In this document: one piece after another, positions 62,340-64,000 of the stretch
How positions within the stretch are numbered: position 1 is the stretch's first letter
Layout of the letters: each line of letters opens with the position of its first letter
NCBI GenBank assembly: GCA_011109175.1
Contig: RDEW01000012.1
Coordinates: forward strand, 1,032,552 to 1,096,551
Source: Dicyema japonicum
Taxonomy: Eukaryota > Animalia > Dicyemida
DNA length: 64,000 nucleotides
Reading direction: 5' to 3'
Notes under the pieces: generated by a model
Told to the model about the DNA's origin: nothing
Database searches by the model: none
The model's input: only the letters and a program-made list of their open reading frames with translations
Translations under genes and position numbers: made by a program

Positions 62340-62730
62340 TTAGGCGATTTTTGTCAATAATTTCAATATTTATATGTTCTTAAAATTGTAAAAATTTTCA
62401 AAAATGTAGTTTTTAGTCAAAAATAGCATATAAATAAAGTTAGAGTTAATCAATCCGAGGGTCTTTTGGTAGGGAGTTGGGTTTCTGGGACGTCCTCCAT
62501 CGAGCATCTATGCTAGTGAATTTTCATTACCTCGTGAAGTTCAGGTAAACATGGCGCCTACCGCTGCGGTCACCACGTGGGTATCACACTACCTAATATA
62601 AGACCGGGCATACAAAGTCGTCACTTTTCTCTTCCTGTTCACTTTAGGACCACAGGACAAGTAACCTTTTCTCGTGCCCTGTCCCGCCTTTTGTTTCTCC
62701 GCGCGGTGTCAACCTTTTGGATTCAAGGAA
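62340..62730. repeat. ~380-bp dispersed repeat, copy 2
   Basis: Matches 49855-50228. Confidence 0.9.
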
Positions 62731-64000
62731 CATCAGTATATTGCAGTTACATTCTCTTTAGGAACCGGTTTCTATCACTTGAAGGTACCGAGGGTAAATA
62801 CATAACTTGAGTTCTACATCTTCTTCACAACTCCCTAAAATTAGAGGATTTTATAAAGACGTTGGTATTCGTATTTCTTAGGTAATGAGCAATCACAATA
62901 AAAAACAAAACAAGAGAAATATTTATTAAAATTGTCTAACCACCCAAAATAATTTATAATTAAATTTTTAATTATAAATAAAATACAAATTTACATTTCA
63001 ATTTCAAATCAAATGTCGCCTGTGAAGTAGTAATACGAAAAATTATTACTATGAGGAAATTTTATGTTGAAGCTGATTGACATTGAAACATTAACAGAAC
63101 AGTATATCCTTCATCAATTAGTACGAGATTTAATAGATTTTTGGTCAAAGTTGCAAGGAATGTGTTCATTCATAGTTTCGAAATGTTGAATCAGAGACTA
63201 AATACGACCATGTCTATACATTTGGTTCTTTAGTCTCGTTATGAGACAGATTTCCTTAAAGGATATCAAATTTGATTTGATCGCATAGACATGCTTTATA
63301 TCCAAAATTTTTTGTTCAACAAAAATAGCAATCATCTTCGAAAGCTAAGAACTTACTGGATGTCGCGAGCCACAGCAGTTGCACCATTTTTTACCAGCCG
63401 CAGACGTTACAGCGAAAATAAAATCGCCTTTGAAAGCTCAGGAACTCACTGGATGATCTAGTTGGATGGCTAACATGTCAAGGAAACCGGTGGCTAAAAT
63501 GTCAGCTTTAATATTCAAAAAAATTAAAATTTAAAGGCTACCCATTGTGGATAAAGAAGATATTTGACTAAGAGGGTGAGTCATGAAATTAAGATCTCGT
63601 AAGTCGTTTAGCCCCGGCACGTGAAGAAATGAAATTATCAAATCACATAAATAAAGCAATAGTGGGCATGTATGATTGTATCAATGAAAAAAAATGTATT
63701 CCAAATTTATGGCGAACTTGGTATCCCACATAATCTTTATGACTCCATAAGAACAGTTAATAGTGATTACTTGTGGAAATTGAAATAGCGGAATATAATT
63801 AATACTTCAGTTGAGGATTCTATGAATTTAGGATAACAAATGATTCTTCGAAATCGTATTTGCATTAAACAAGACAATAAGGATGTAGAACAACAGAGAA
63901 TTTATATTTTATAATCAAAATGATTTTGTTGAGCTTCATTTCAATATTCAATAAATGGAAGGAATGTTAACTTTCTCACATCCGTTAGAATGTGTTGTTT

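Overview
AT-rich eukaryotic, most likely animal, genomic DNA with extremely short GT-AG spliceosomal introns (mostly 21-30 nt). This intron profile together with metazoan-type genes (TEX12, TDRD10, dve/SATB-class homeobox) fits a compact-genome parasite such as a dicyemid; the taxon is my inference. Recognisable host genes are the NRDE2 3' end, an SLC17/sialin-like pseudogene, two tandem MDH2-type dehydrogenases with a rewritten substrate loop and no presequence, a TEX12-like gene, C1GALT1, COQ2, UQCRB, a TIA1-like RRM (pseudo)gene, an RRM+Tudor TDRD10-like gene and two divergent dve/SATB-like homeobox loci. The TIA1 RRM3 module is amplified about 8 times and forms a multi-kb inverted repeat around the TDRD10-like gene. 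Much of the rest is decayed mobile DNA: CRE-like and R4-like RLE retroelements, APE-type LINEs, a ~190-bp SINE family, and Helitron, hAT, pogo, Ginger-like and piggyBac-like remnants. Many conserved genes carry single-base deletions in homopolymers, probably long-read assembly errors. All family assignments come from manual translation and remembered motifs, not database searches.
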